From Bigelowiella natans CCMP2755 (Eukaryota; Protista; Cercozoa), in the NCBI GenBank assembly GCA_000320545.1, contig ADNK01000344.1, positions 4,126-68,125 of the forward strand: a stretch of 64,000 nt of DNA. The letters run 5' to 3'. A program made the position numbers and the translations under genes. Shown piece by piece: positions 26,385 through 41,669 of the stretch; position 1 is the stretch's first letter, and every line of letters starts with the position of its first letter. Under the pieces are notes generated by a model, which was not told the origin of the DNA, did no database searches, and saw nothing but the letters and a program-made list of their open reading frames with translations.

Positions 26385-27800
26385 CAGGGGATTTCTCTTG
26401 CGCGTCAACGAAATGATGCTCGGCACCTCACACCTAGGTGGATTTCGTTCCCGGCAGTGCGTGACGATTCATCGTGGACCGAGCTAGCGAGGGATCGGAG
26501 AAGAAGATCCCCTAGTCCTAGAAGGAGACCTCTTAGTCCCAAAAGGAGATCTCCAAGCTCCTCGATGACCAGAATGCCGTTCTTGATTCCTTCTGGTTTC
26601 ACTAGTTAGACCTCACTGAATTTGGTTCACATCGAGACACTTCGTTTTGCAAGTGTCTTGTCACACTTTGGAAATGCAGTTTTTCATCATTGTTCATTGT
26701 TCGCACACTGCAAGTGTCTTGCAACATTTGAAAATGTAGTTTATCATCATGATTCATTGTTCATTGTTCGTTGTGAAACGAACACTTGCATTTTCTTTGC
26801 TCACTCTTGGTGGAGGACGTGGATGACTCAGCACGTCTGATGATCCCTTCGAATCAAGCATTGGAACCACTTCGTTCAATCATTCATTTGTTCATTCATC
26901 AAATGGATCGGAATCACCAATGCGCTTTGCACTTGTTCCTTTCAAGAACACTTTGGAAACGTGGTCGATCATTGAGTTTCTTCCTTTCTCTAGTTCTTTC
27001 TTTCTTCACGCCCCTCAATTTTTCATGGCCTTTTTGATTGATTGAGGAAGGTGTGGAAGGTGTGGCAAATCCAATGATCCTTTCAGCTGCACAATTGGAA
27101 TGGCTTCATTCACTTGTTCATTCATTCAATGTCATGCAAATTTGAAACGACCGATCGAGGTGCGAACTTTTGGCGATGCCATGCAAACACAATGCAAGGT
27201 CGCCAAGAATCCCTCCAAAGGTTTTGCTGCTGAAGACGCGACTGTGATGCAAACACTTGCTTCCCAAAAGTTGTGCCATCATCAAGCACTGGAGCAGACT
27301 TCGCTTGCGTGTGCGTGCGCGACAGTGCCAGCTAGTTTGTTTGCACATCACACACGTGGCTGCGTGGCTGCCACACAACGCGCGAGGCAGGTGCAACATG
27401 GTTGACATGATGCATCGTGTGATGGACATGAGCATGATGACATTTTGGAACTCTGGCAATTGCTAGTTGCTGGATCGAACGAACGACCAACAGCTACAGC
27501 TAGACAGCGAGGCTCAAAGGACAGCGCGATCAACGTGAACGCATGATGAGCGAACACGCTAGCGCTACATGCTGATGTGCAATGTTGTCCATGGAATGTG
27601 CTGCCAATGTCTAGTTGTATTGCCTCAAGAAACGAAGCTCGCCATCAACGCAACTCTCACCAAGTTTTCACACCGCAGCACAGAACGTTGTCTGCTACGC
27701 TAATGAATGTGACACGTGACATGCAATGCGGAACATTCGTACATGCACATCAGATGGGATGAAATTGAGCTACGGCATGTTGACAGCACAATCAACAAGT
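26385..27800. other. TpA-depleted intergenic spacer / degenerate repeat relic
   Basis: By-eye count for 26744-27493 finds only 3 TA, all within CTAG. Shares the motif tgcaagtgtcttg.cacactttgg with ~53417. Confidence 0.85.
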
Positions 27801-27913
27801 CGTTCATTAATTGCTGTGTTGAAAGTGTGACTAACTTGAATTCAAATTTATAGAACGATGTCTCTCGTATTCTTAGTTAATCTCTCACTTCGATAGTATT
27901 CTTTGCAATAGGC

Positions 27914-28065
27914 TTAGAATTCGTTAAATAACCTGTCTTTATTTTTCTCTTTAAAAGCAGAACCTCTTGTTTTCATGGGGAGAGACTTTGACTTTGGTAT
28001 GCAAAAGGATGGTATTTGTATGTGGAAACTACTTGTGCCGCACGTATGCGTGTGCAGATGTGTTT

Positions 28066-28099
<34 letters not shown>

Positions 28100-28378
28100 C
28101 TACTGCCTTAATGATTGTATGGTCACATTTATGATGCACTATTTTCGTAACACAGAAATGCCAAAATAATTGTAAGATTTACAATAGTATTATTACCTTT
28201 GTTAATCCCGGGGTCTTAAGACTACTCCTGGTGACGAACAATGACAACACATCTTTAGGCATAGCATATACCAAATATATAGTTATATAATATAGCCGCT
28301 GCATAGCACAGCTACATTAGGATGACCGTTGCAAATTTAATCAATTCATTACATCCGTCTCATAATATACAATTATGT

Positions 28379-28435
<57 letters not shown>

Positions 28436-28620
28436 CTATGTATGTGTGTGTGTGTGTGTGTGTGTGGTAATCCATGGTGTATGTATTTCAATATTTGTAA
28501 TATTGAAACAATTCCATGTTTTAAACAAACAAATTTATACCTCTTCATTATTTGAGGCAAATTGAAAGAATCCAGTTCTTTTTCCTTATCTATATCAAAA
28601 GATTAAGAAACAGTTAGTAC

Positions 28621-28667
<47 letters not shown>

Positions 28668-28998
28668 ATGCGGCCATCAATACGTGTGGTAGTAGTAAAC
28701 ATTACGTAGTATGTGTTCTGGTGCACACCACATAATATCCTGCTTATTTATTCTGCATCCATTTATTATTATTATTCTACTGCTGCTGCTTTAATCTGTG
28801 TTGTGATGCTGCGTATAATGTCACTGACTCGTAAGCTCATCACTTATTTTCTTGCGTAGCTTGGGAGTTGGAATCTTTTTATTAAAACATCGTAACCATG
28901 ATATCCCTCGTTATTAATAATTCTTGTTTTCACTCTAGTTTCTAAACTAAGAACATATTTGAATACGTTTCGTCAATCTAAAATTGTCATTGCCATTT

Positions 28999-29029
<31 letters not shown>

Positions 29030-29344
29030 AATACTAATGTTAGTTATCGAACTGCTCATCCCTCACTCAACAATAGCATTATCATCATCACCATTATCAT
29101 CATCATCACATTATCACTGTCCTATTTCTTATTATTATGTAGTATTGTATTTCTACAATTCAAAAGCAGCAGCAGTATCTTTATGTAGTAGAGAGGAAGA
29201 AGAAGAAAAGCCTTGATTCGTGACGGTACGTTCGTATGGCACATATTATATTCCTACTAGATTTTAAAGACGACCATATCCAATTTATCTCGCAGCTCTT
29301 CAGTCTTTTTATAGTAGTAATTTCAAGTTCAAAAGCTCATTTAG

Positions 29345-29377
<33 letters not shown>

Positions 29378-30895
29378 CTAATGCTTATTGTTACAAATTG
29401 ATGTCAATGTGATATCTGCACAACAATATTCGTTTTTCATACTGAAGACAAAAATTGCTGATGATTAATAATTGCTGTTGTACCCCCATCCATTCACCCA
29501 TCCATCCATCCATCACTACCATCATGTTACTACTACTACTACTACTACTACTACTATCACAAGAAAAGATGTATGGTACAACTGCTATGATTACCCTCCT
29601 TTCAAGATCAACAAGCTTCCTAAATGCTCCGTCGGCAACAGTTATGTTCTATCATCATATTTTATATCATTGTATTCATCATGATGATGATCATCGTCAT
29701 ATATAGTATACAACAAGCACATACGACCAACAACGAAACCATCATCGTCATATAGTATACAAGCACATACGACCAACAAAAAACCAAACTCACCACCATC
29801 ACATTTGAGAAAGAATATCTATTCTGAAGACTACACATTAATTTATTATTTTTGCCATTGCTATTATCGAAAGTTGTAAACTACAATTTGTACACATCAA
29901 CCCACCCTGAAAAATTCTTTATAGCTGATGATGCCTTTTTGGTCGGCTAAGCTTCCCGCTACAGAGTCCATTTCTTTGGTTGTTAATGCAATATCTGGGT
30001 ATACCTGATTTTAGAAGATAGTAACAGCTCGTTCCTTTGAGATTGATTACTATGAAACGTACTACTACTTACTACTACTACTACTACTACTTACTACTAC
30101 TACTACTACTACTCCTACTACTACAATCCTCTCTCATATCGTGATGAAGTAGTAGTAGTAGTAGTAATAATACCTTGGCAAACGACATAAGTCCTAAATG
30201 GAACTCTTCAGTTGAAAGCTTTCCATCACCATCGTAGTCGAAATATCTTTACAATGATTGATCATGATGATGATGATAATGGCGACTCATGGTGAAAATT
30301 ACAATTGACGTCGTTGTTATGTATGTATGCAGGCAGAAGAAGGAAAAGACGATGAAAAGAAATTAAAAAAACATAACACATATATGGTATATTTGTAAAT
30401 ATAATATTGAATCGAAGATTGAGAACAACTGTAACATGGAGTTGGGTACTCAAAACAACTCCGATACGCAACTTATATTATAATAAATTATATTATTTTT
30501 ATCAAACGAGCATTATCTGTCGCAAATAGACAATTGCGCAACAATGGTTATTGATGCTGTACGAGTGCTGCAGCGTGTTGTGATTGTAGCGTGGTGTAGT
30601 GCATGGTGGAACAACATAATGCCAATTGATCGGTACTACGACTACTACTACTACTACCCAGCAGACAGACACACATCTAGAAGATATATCATGTAGACAT
30701 GCAGCACCTTAGTACTACCTAAATAGAGATTCAATATTCCTCACCCCGCTCCTATCTGCAGCCTATAATATAGAAGAGAGAGGACCCAAAAAAATAAAGA
30801 AGAAGACTGCTCAAGAATCTGTACATATTACTACTCTTGTGCAATCGATAAGAAGACTCAAGAATCTGTAAATATTACTACTCTTGTGCAATCGA

Positions 30896-30930
<35 letters not shown>

Positions 30931-31726
30931 ATACTAATACTACTGCGACGACGACGACGGCGACAAAAAGGACTATAACTATGCTGCTGCTGCTGCTGCT
31001 GCTGCTATGAGTAGCTTGAAGGAAGAAGAAGAAGAAGAAGAACTACTACTACTACTAGTACTACTAGTCCTACCTCCAAGAGATTTCCTAACAAGTGATT
31101 CAGATGTTTATCCCCTTGTTGTTGCTTTTCTTTCTTATCATTATCTTCTTCGTTGTCTTCAGTAGTACTACTACTACTAGTAGTAGCCCCCTGCTGCTGC
31201 TGCTTTTTCTTTTTTTTTCCCTCCTAAATAAGACATGTTCAATATGAATGGTGGAAAAGGAAGAATGATGCAGATTACATCGAGATGAGTTACAAAAACA
31301 TTATGATAACGAAGAAGGCATTCTATTCTTACAGACAAAGTAAGAAGGAGGAGAAAGAAACATAAGTATCGTATCACCCACCCTTTGCATGTTACAAACG
31401 ATAATACCACACTGATTGTTGTTTCATTGTTGTATAAATACTATATATGCATTACTATGTTATTATTGTATCATCTGCAGCCATCACATATACAATAAAT
31501 TGATTGTGTTTGTAGCAGAGCATAACAGAGCATAATAATAAGACACATATTGGTTGTCGTATTCATCGTTCTTTAAGCAGCATACTACTAATAGTAGTCA
31601 TACATACATCTAATCCTGAGATTTCTTCCTTGAGATGCCTATACAATGGTGTGAAACGAGACAAGAATTCCATATAGTCCAAAGGTCCTCTGAAGCTCTG
31701 TATGTACACAGCCAGCGATCATGATC

Positions 31727-31760
<34 letters not shown>

Positions 31761-32538
31761 CGATGTGGATTAGCGACAATTACAATGATTACTGTTGTTG
31801 TTAGTAGAGGTGTGACAATGGTAATTAATACTATCAATGTTGTTGTTAGTGGAGGTATGATAACAATAATCAATACTATCAATAGCAGCAGGAGGGAACA
31901 AAAGCATAGATGCTTGTTTTAATATAATCACAGACAAACTGTTTCCTCCTCTTCCTTCTCCTCCTCCTCCTCCTCCCTTCTCTTCTTCTTCTTCTTCTTC
32001 TTCTCTTCATGTTTACCCTAATAACCCTTTATAACATCATAATACCTAGTGGCTGTTGTCACTACGACTCTCTCTCTCTTTTTCTCTATTTGTTCTTCTT
32101 CCTCTTCTAGTTGTTCATTATGATGTTAATAATATCTTCTAACCCCATCCACTCCATACGCAGGAACACCTAGCATTTCTGATGAGATAACCACATCACC
32201 ACCATCAGTTTGAGTATTATTATTATTATTATTATTATTATTTATTGCGTAGTATTATTTAGTAGGAGTAGGAGTAGTAGTATCATCGAAATAATAATAA
32301 TAATAATATTAATATACGAAGAGGAGGAGGAAGAAGAGAGATAGAAGGAGGAGGAGGAGGAGGAGGAAACACACACACAACAAGCAAGCAATGAACCATC
32401 ACCATCACCATCACCATCACCATCACCATCACCGTCACCTTGGAAAGATAGCCACGGGATGTTAACACCAATAGCCTTATTCAACCCTGCAAAGATAGTC
32501 ACGGGATGTTAACACCAATAGCCTTATTCAACCCTGCT

Positions 32539-32577
<39 letters not shown>

Positions 32578-32694
32578 TGTACATGCATGCATACAACAAG
32601 CATACAGCGATCAGTTTACTACTACTACCTGCTTTCCATTGTGTGCGGGTTACGTAGCCTTTTCCTAACTAAACAAAGATCATGATCATGATGG

Positions 32695-32726
<32 letters not shown>

Positions 32727-33554
32727 ATAATCATGGATGGATGTGTAAAGGAGGGGAAAGACTTCTTCGGTTGATTAAGTGGGTAGTAGCACTAATAGTT
32801 CTCACAACTGTCACTTATATGCTACTACTACTACTACTAATAATACTAATACTCTATTTCTACAATTACAAGTAACACCGAACATTTTTATGCACACACT
32901 CTGAAAAGTAGTACGTACGTAATAACTACCCCTCCTCCTCCATTATTCTTTGAAGAAGACACTTCGTCGAAATGATGAATCAACTTCAATCGCCTGATAT
33001 CATTACAAACAAAATTACTAGTCCTTTAAAATGCTCATATAATAATGACATATTAAGAACATTCCTCTTCTTCTGCTCCTCCTCCTCCTCCTCATCATCA
33101 TCATCAATATCATCGTATACTACTACTCTTGTCGTCAAACATTGACACATCATCATCGTTATTATTATTGTTGTTATTTTACCATCTTGTTCATCATCCA
33201 TCATTATCATCCATTATCATCATCATCTTCTTCATCATTCTCATCAACACACCTACTACTAGCAGCTACAACTACCTACTACACAACTACTATCTATCAA
33301 CTCTTTACAACAGACAGCAGCAATAGCTGTGGCAGTCAGCAAAAATTAGATATAATCACTCCTTACCTCTCCAAATTTAGCACCACCCTGATATCCTAAT
33401 AATAGTAATAATGGTAATAAATGAAAATCATAACAATAATTCATACTTGGTTGATACATACCACAACCACTACGATGATCAGAAAAGAGAGGAAGAAGAA
33501 CAAGAAGAAAAAAAGCAGCATAGCAGCAGCAGTAGCAGATACAAAAGCACTCAC

Positions 33555-33585
<31 letters not shown>

Positions 33586-34124
33586 AAGAAGAATGGAATG
33601 ACATCCTAATTTAGATAGATAGATCACGTAATAGCTGCTAATTGATAAAAAAGCACCATAGTATGATGATGATGATGATTTTGTATCTTGGTCAGGTAGA
33701 AATTTCTTCTTCGTTTCCTTCTCGCTGCTGCTGCCTTTGCTCGAAATTAACATCACAGACCCTTAAAAGAAGAAAAAGAAGAAAAACCATTCAATGAATC
33801 AACACAACAGAAAATATTTCATATGTATAGACGAGGAGGAGGAGGAGGACAGTGATCAATTGATATGAGGTGACCATACTGCAGAGATAATGGAGAAAGA
33901 AGACAAAAGTTGGTACGTATCAGGTGGTGGTGGTGAAAGTATTTGTAGTAGTAGTAGCAGTAGTAGTAGCAGTAGTAGTAACAGTAGTTTCAGAGAAAAA
34001 CAAAGACAAAAAGCAATGCTTACTTTAATCTACTTGTCCTATTATTCATCAATTCAGCATCATCATCATCATGTAGTAGTACCACTACTAGTAGTATTTT
34101 TATCCATACAACATTTATAATATA

Positions 34125-34156
<32 letters not shown>

Positions 34157-34362
34157 TTAGTACCGAGATTATCATCTTTTCCTCTATATCGTGAAGCTGA
34201 GAATACTGTTACCAACTGTCGTATAATAATAATTAATAATGATGGCAAATTGTTACAGAATCATCAGAGAAAAGGAGGAGGAGGAGGAGGAGGAGGAGGA
34301 GAACGGAAAGATGAGGAAATCACAATCATGTTGAGTGCACTACTAACTACCACCACCATCAC

Positions 34363-34393
<31 letters not shown>

Positions 34394-35388
34394 TACCTTC
34401 TCGTCGAAGTACCACTCATAGCCAGCGTCTACACACTCATGGGACCGAACGACCAAAGATAACTTATTATCGGCCATAAATCTAGAAGAAGAAGAAGAAG
34501 AAGAAGAAGAAGAAGAAGAATAGGATTCTATTAATTATATGTCTCTTCTTCTTCTTCTTCTTCTTCTTCTTCTTCTTCATCTTTCTCTCTTTTTCTCCTT
34601 CTCCCTCCTCCTTTAGTTGTTAATAAAGTATAAAGTATTTATGATACTGAGGAGTACTTGATCATCATATCCTAGTAGGTAGGTAGATAAGTAGATAGAG
34701 GTAAAGTATTTTAGTAAATATATACCAGTATAGTAGATTACCCACGTACTACTACTACTACTAGTACTACGACTACTACTACCTGTCAACCACATCTTCT
34801 CCAAATACGCACCTTATAAGTAGTAGCAATTAAGTAAGTAAGTAAGAAATAGGAGGACGACAAAACAAAAACAACAACGATAACAATAACGCTACACGTA
34901 TCAATTATTATTAATAATAAATAGGAACGAATATTATAACGACGACGACAACGAGTGGTAAACAAAACAAAATAATATAAAATCATTGGCATGCATGCAT
35001 CGAAGAAATTCAATGTACTACTACTCTAACATAGCACCGCCCCGCTCAATCTCATTTTCCTTTTACTTGCACTACTACTTACTTCATTAAGGCGTCGTTT
35101 GTTAGAGATAATAAGCGATTACTACTACTACTACTACTAGTTAGTAGTACTACTCAACATACTACTGCTACTTGCTGGGGCAATAGATAAATACTACCCT
35201 GCATCATTTCATACTACTGCTACTTGCTGGGGAAATAGATAAAAACTACCCTGCATCATTTATAGATAAATACTACCCTGCATCATTTCGTACTGAATTT
35301 TTGCCCCTCCCTAAACACCACATAACATTATCAGTAGTAGGTAGATAATAGCAATGATGATGGTGATGATATCATGTGCTAGAGTTGA

Positions 35389-35422
<34 letters not shown>

Positions 35423-36358
35423 GTGATGACAGGGACATAATAATACCACGACGAGGACTTAATAATACTACCACTAAATTAAATTAAATCTGCTGCTAAA
35501 ATAATATTTAGTAGGAGTGACATATTATAGAGTGGATTATCAAACTCACTTTCATTTCAAGAAGTAATGTTAGTAGATGTTAATCAGTATTATTCTTTGT
35601 TGTTCTCACCTCGAAATGGCAAGCCTGTGTCGTCATCTACATCCAAAGGATCCGACCTTTGCATAATCATCGTCATTACTATTAGTAGGTAGTAGGTAGT
35701 ACGTAATAGTAGTAATACCACAGAAGATCTTCCATGTTTGTTTCGTAAGGTGCGAACAGATGGTCTGGTAGTGGTAGTAGTAGTAAAGAAGATCATGTAT
35801 GAACAGATGGTCTGGTAGTGGTAGTGGTAGTATAGAAGATCATGTATGAACAGATGGTCTGGTAGTGGTAGTGGTAGTAGTAGTATAGTAGATCATGTAT
35901 GAACAGATGGTCTGGTAGTGGTAGTAGTAGTATAGTAGATCACGTATGAACAGATGGTCTGGTAGTGGTAGTGGTAGTATAGAAGATCATGTATGTACTA
36001 CTACAATATATTATTAGTAGTAATACTAGTAGTACTGTCACTACTGCATATAATTTCTGAAGGAGGAGGAGGAGGAGGAGGAGGAAGGATGTCGCTGCTA
36101 GATTAAAGAGACTATATTATGATGATAATGATGATGATAATTACGTCGGTCTATATCCAGGATGTCTTTCATGGTGATCTAAAATATTGTTGTTTAATCT
36201 TATCACCACTGTCATCATCATCATCCTCAACAACAATAAAGAAGTCCATGATACTAATATACTACATTGAATAACATTCTTGTTTGTTTTTCCTTTATTA
36301 TTGTTCGGTACAGTTTTTGAATGAATTAGGAGGTGTGAGAAGTAATGCGTAGTAGTAG

Positions 36359-36394
<36 letters not shown>

Positions 36395-36712
36395 CAGTAT
36401 ATATGTTAATAGTTGCAGCAGCGTTGTTTCTCATAATGTCGTCGTCTTCATCATTATCATTCTTCTCCTTCTTCTTCTTCTTCCATATGTTCATTCATTC
36501 ATTCATTCATAGGTGCATGCATGCATTCTTTCATCCTTTCATTCATTCATAGGTGCATGCATTTATTCTTTCATTCATTCATTGATAGGTGCATGCATTC
36601 TTTCATATAAGATATGCATTCGTTGTGCTGCTGCTACTGCTACATGTGTACGTACTAACAACATATTTATGATGTTTGGATGTTGGCTGCTATATTGAAT
36701 TTAATGTGTCGA

Positions 36713-36743
<31 letters not shown>

Positions 36744-38017
36744 CTATATTGAATTTAATATGTCGAGATGATGATGATGATGATGATGATGATGATAAGA
36801 TATAGAACACATTACATATTTATCAAAACTACTACTACTACTAATAATAATAATAATAATACTATATCAATTATTGACTGAACAACTTACATCTTCCCAA
36901 CAGAGACCTCCATGCACCACAAAAATCTAATATGATATAATTGACATATAAGTAAAGTATCTAGTACGTGATTTGTAAACTCTACAAATGTTGGAAGATG
37001 CACAACCAAGAAAAAAAAGAGTAGGGAAGATAATCAACAATTATTCTTATTGTTGTTAAAAATCAGCACCACTATCTATCACTGTCTGGGTTGATTCTCT
37101 GCTCCTGCTACTTAATAGTACTTGTACTACTACTATTACCTCGTCTTGTACCACTGATGCAAGAGGTAAATGCTGAAAAGCATCCGAAAATCTCTTCCAC
37201 ATATCTAGTTGTTAAAGAGAGAAATCATCAACATCCAACATCATCATCATCATCATTATCATTCTTATTGTCATCATCACCTGTTATGATATACCAACAC
37301 ATAATACAACAATATCAATATTAAAGACAGCCAAATGAACGATGTTGAAGGCCAAGCTCGTTATCATATTTCGCACTCATTATCAATAGTCAAGATCACA
37401 TATGACTCAGCAGATACACTAGGAGTTCTCTTTCTCACGATGATGATGATGATGATACACCATGCATTTCTCTCTCACGATGATGACGATACACCATGCA
37501 TGCATCCGTCGCACAAATTAAACCATTTCCTCTTCTTTCCCCCCACCCCACTCTCTTCCTACTACTCTTTACTACTACTTTACACCACCACCTCGATTAT
37601 ATTTCCGGGTACATTCAGCGCAAAACCTGAGGAGGAGAACAACATGTGGATGGAATCTGTTGGAATCTTGATTTTGCAGCTATACGAGATGAGCATTTGT
37701 AAACTGCTACTGCTGTATCATTATTTCCTTTTTTCCATTCATATTTGTTATTTCTTCCTTTCATGGTCAATGCTTGATCAAATAATATTGATTGATACAA
37801 GTAGGAGCACTGTTACTAAGTAGTAGTAACTGACCCCATTTCCTCGTTGATGTCAGTAGCTTCGTGATTGCCACGATTCAAGAATACAGATTCTGGATAT
37901 AAGATCTTCAAAGCGAATAATATCAACACAACCTGACAGCATAAGCATGAGGAGAAGGAGGAGGAGTGTGATGATGGATGTACACAGCAGCAGCAGCAGA
38001 CAATTGCATCCATCTAT

Positions 38018-38064
<47 letters not shown>

Positions 38065-38069
38065 ATCAC

Positions 38070-38104
<35 letters not shown>

Positions 38105-38385
38105 GATGATACCTCGCACGAGTTCTTGCCTCTATCTACAAAATCCCCATTGAAGATATACCTACCCACAACCAAGATCTATCAGCGTTGCATGTAGTAG
38201 TGGTAGTAGATATACTAGTGCGTCATGGAAGAAGAAGAAGAATAATAATAACAAGAATCTCTCACTGCGTACTTTATTGTAGTTTCAGCAACACTAGTAG
38301 TAGTAGTAGTAGCAGAGTATTATAATTACCAATATAGTATTACTAGCTATGGAAAATCGTACGACGTACACCATATCCATGTGTA

Positions 38386-38418
<33 letters not shown>

Positions 38419-38704
38419 CTGAGTAACTAACTAACATGTCACAACAAACACCAGTTTTTGCAGCTAAGCAGATTCTATATGCACTACTACTATTATATAC
38501 AATGATAGAATAGCCGTCATCAGTATGCATTCTCATCATCATTATCACTACTACTACTTGTTGCGGCTGGAAGGTAGTCCATTTAAGGTAAAAATATGGA
38601 TTAGATCGTCCAATTGACCATGTAGGTCACCGACAATCACACACCGAGCTCCTTTAAGAATTATATTCATTACACAAATATGAGAGCTTCCTCCTCCTTG
38701 TCAT

Positions 38705-38738
<34 letters not shown>

Positions 38739-39407
38739 TAATATCAATATTAATATACATATACATATAATATGTTAATATTTCCACATCATCATTTGGT
38801 TTATGCTCCTATTATATTTACTGCTGCTGGGAAATGTTATTATTTCCTTGTGCGAAGACATAATACGTTGTTGTCGATTTTGTAATTGTTATTTATTATA
38901 TATACTACCTTTTGGAAGTACAACATCCTTCACATTTGCCTCACCGACAAGAACAGCTGCTGCTTCTTTAATCAACCTCAATGCTGTCTCTTCATCCAAG
39001 ATTTCCCCAGCTTTCATTATATCAAAAAATAACATTCAATGCAGTCAGAAGACCGATAATTCTAGTACTGTTAATCTTCAATCTTACCTATTGTAAACAA
39101 GTTACACGCATCATAAGCAGCATATGTACGTATGTCGTATTTGTTATGGTGCTGCTGTGAGTAGTGGTGGTGTTTACATTAATTTGTCCCTCTCATCATG
39201 ATTGCAGTGCATACTACTTACTTACTTACTTATTTACTACCCTTAAATCTGTCCATCATTGCAGTGACAAAATCCAAATTTATCTGCTCTGAGCTGCTTA
39301 GATTTTTACCTGATGAAACAACCACAATTAATGGCAGTTGGTGCTAGTAATAAGTAGTAGTAATTCGATACATTGGGGTAGCATAATATATCTGGTCGTA
39401 AAATGGA

Positions 39408-39451
<44 letters not shown>

Positions 39452-40195
39452 CGATGATTGTGTCGTATAATGAATTATTTATTATTAATCGATGATTGTG
39501 TCGCCGTCTGCAGCAGCAGTTCAGTCAGCATAATAATAATAATAATAATAATACATGAATCACGATAATACCAATTATTTGTGGTAAAAGATACTACGAT
39601 CATATAGTTCAGTAAACGTACGTTTTTATCAACGCTGTTGTAAGTATCATCATCAGCATCGTCATCATCCGTTACATGAATAATGGCAATTATTTATGTT
39701 GACTGGCCGCTTATTTTCTAATGTCTCTGGTCAATTTCTACACTATAAATGATAATAATATAGTTAGTATACTACCTGGTGTCGAATCAGCTTTCACCAG
39801 TGGGGGAATAGAAATCGGAAGGAGGTGGAGATGATGCTCCTCCTCGCTTTCTCCCTCCTCCTCCTCCTTCTTCTTCTCCTTAAATGTGATGATGATAATA
39901 GATCATGATTAGTATGCACATCACACACCATAATCCAACTGCAAAGGTGCTGAATTATTCACATAGCGCCAACTTCACAACAACCTGCTGAATATCATCA
40001 TCATCATTTTTTGGTGCTGCTGCTGCTGCTTTTGCACTGTCGTCGTCGTTGTCGTTATCTTTGGCTTTCCTTCCTCTGTTTTTCTGTTCTTCTCCCTATG
40101 GATACATACACATTATAAATGTGTATTGTGCGCACGTGTGTGTTTTCAGTGATGGATATGATCATCATCATCATTATCACTTGATCATCATCTCC

Positions 40196-40231
<36 letters not shown>

Positions 40232-40251
40232 CCAGGAGTTCACGTTGGGTA

Positions 40252-40289
<38 letters not shown>

Positions 40290-40308
40290 CCAGGAGTTCA
40301 CGTTGGGT

Positions 40309-40343
<35 letters not shown>

Positions 40344-40872
40344 TCTTTGATTTATTTATCCTGTATTGATTAGTAAGTAGTAATATCATTATTAGAACCA
40401 TGTTGATAGATAGATAGATAGATATATAGGCAACAACCTACAAGTCGTCATATTAGTACTAGTTGTTGTGTATGTGGGGGGTGGGGGTGGTGGTGGTAGA
40501 AAGCAGGCAGCAGTGTAAGATGATCTAACTGTAAGAAAGAAAAAAAGAAACAAACAGCGGTCATGAAGATGATAATCATGCAATATTTGCAAAGCTACCC
40601 CCTTCTCTGCCTTCGCTGCTGCTGCAATTTGTCTCTTCTAAAACGTGTATTAAGAGAAGAAAGAGGAGAAGAAGAAGAAGGCGTACAAGGTTGAGAAACA
40701 AAATATAGAAAGAAATTGAAAACAAATAGAAATAAGATACGATATATTAAACTATGAAATTCCCATGGATTGGCTTAATTTTCCTCTGTCGACAATGGCA
40801 CGGCGACGAACACAATGACGAAGAAGACACGACGACGACGACGACGACAACTATCACAACCGCTAAACACTT

Positions 40873-40909
<37 letters not shown>

Positions 40910-41636
40910 TCTATCAGTAATTACACAGACGACAATAATCACCACTATCATCATCATCATCATCAGTTATTTGAGCATCTTGAGCAATGGCGGTTGCACT
41001 TTTTAAAACCTACCTCTTTTTCTGTCCATTTTTTGGCCAAATCCACCTGATTCAGTAGTGGTTGTATCTGTGCTCATATGTGGCACATGTAGTGTGTGTA
41101 TTTTTCAATAGAGGACAAGGCAAAGAGAAAAAGCAAATGGATTTAGTAAAGACTAGAGAGACTGGTAGAGTGTAAGAAATAACTATGATTAATGCTATCA
41201 TCATTATTATTATTATATGAAAGAATTTCCCTTATCACTATTCAAGTGTCATGTCAGAACGAGGATTAGAGATTGAAAGATGATCGATCAATCACCCCTA
41301 CTAAGCGGCAGGTTCATCATCATCAGTAAGTATTTAAGTATGTTGATGCTTATCATTATAAATAGATACGTACTACTACTACTACTACTACTACTATTCT
41401 GCTAACATTGACATACATCCATTGAAATACATACATTGATATGCTATTATTCTGCAAACATTGACATACAACTGAGCATACTATTCTGCAACATTGACAC
41501 ACATACATTGAAATGCATACATTGGATCAATAGCATACTCAAAATAATTTAGAGTGTGTGTATGTATTATTTTAGCACTACTGCTTTGAAATCAGTGTGT
41601 CCTCTGGAAAGTGACGGAGGACATTCCTGATTAGAC

Positions 41637-41669
<33 letters not shown>

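Noticed and set aside
27975-30060. Possible + strand gene starting MGRDFDF
   Set aside because: Minus-strand exons with proper splice signals continue the PPEF EF-hand region through this interval.
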